From Candidatus Altiarchaeota archaeon (GTDB lineage Archaea > Altiarchaeota > Altiarchaeia > IMC4 > SCGC-AAA252-I15), in NCBI GenBank assembly GCA_043804895.1, contig JAZDIN010000004.1, positions 72,887 to 136,886 of the forward strand: 64,000 bases of DNA, read 5' to 3'. The notes under the pieces are model-generated. The model was not told the origin of the DNA. It did not search any database and saw nothing but the letters and a program-made list of their open reading frames with translations. Made by a program: the position numbers and the translations under genes. Of this stretch, positions 63,895 to 64,000 are shown in pieces. Every line of letters starts with the position of its first letter. The first letter of the stretch is position 1.

Positions 63895-64000
63895 ATGAGA
63901 AAGAAGTACAATTTCCCGGTTGTGGTTGAGGGGGATGAAGACGGTTACTTCGTGTCATGCCCGACACTGCAAGGCTGCTACTCGTGCGGGGACAGTTATG
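63895..64000 (+). CDS. HicB-like antitoxin, 5' part (runs off the window)
   Basis: MRKKYNFPVVVEGDEDGYFVSCPTLQGCYSCGDSY..., the typical HicB/UPF0150 N-terminus. Confidence 0.6.
   Translation, partial: MRKKYNFPVVVEGDEDGYFVSCPTLQGCYSCGDSY

Overview
This is an archaeal chromosomal segment of about 50% GC. No rRNA, CRISPR array, transposase or integrase is visible. Archaeal identity is supported by eS4, eL37, aSUI1, RNase P proteins Rpp29 and Rpp21, LSm, pelota, aEF-2/aEF-1alpha, DGGGP synthase and geranylgeranyl reductases. FtsZ argues against a crenarchaeal origin. I cannot place the lineage more precisely from sequence alone.

Gene content, left to right:
- Nudix-folK-folP, then ftsZ.
- Lipid genes and pelota.
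- A multi-PAS sensor broken at a G10 tract, a HAMP histidine kinase and four tandem receiver-only response regulators.
- An accessory stretch at 16.8-21.9 kb holding toxin-antitoxin and NYN cassettes, bracketed by copies of the 3' end of tRNA-Glu.
- An unusual tRNA-Glu locus.
- A minus-strand ribosomal super-operon: L3-L4-L23-L2-S19-L22-S3-L29-SUI1-Rpp29-S17-L14-L24-S4e-L5-S14, fused directly to S7-EF2-EF1a-S10.
- The LSm/L37e pair.
- A roughly 15 kb type IV pilus-like locus. It has four translationally coupled prepilin-like genes (up to 853 aa), a FlaI/TadA-type ATPase, a KaiC/FlaH-like ATPase and a split FlaJ (TadB/TadC-like).
- A preQ0 (7-deazaguanine) operon with extra genes, two MFS transporters, and further TA modules.

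The most unusual signals are at the RNA/DNA-structure level:
- tRNA-Thr and tRNA-Glu carry long (134 and 87 nt) homologous introns.
- A family of multi-hairpin modules has conserved single-stranded linkers (ATGTGG, ACACACACC) and covarying stems. It occurs in a tRNA intron, downstream of tRNA-Glu and in 5' leaders of genes.
- Two partial tRNA-Glu 5' portions, each with a 50-nt insert in the D-loop, sit behind a strong promoter upstream of the complete gene.
- Exact 16-17 nt copies of the tRNA-Glu 3' end delimit the cassettes.

All functional calls rest on motif recognition by eye. No database search was run.
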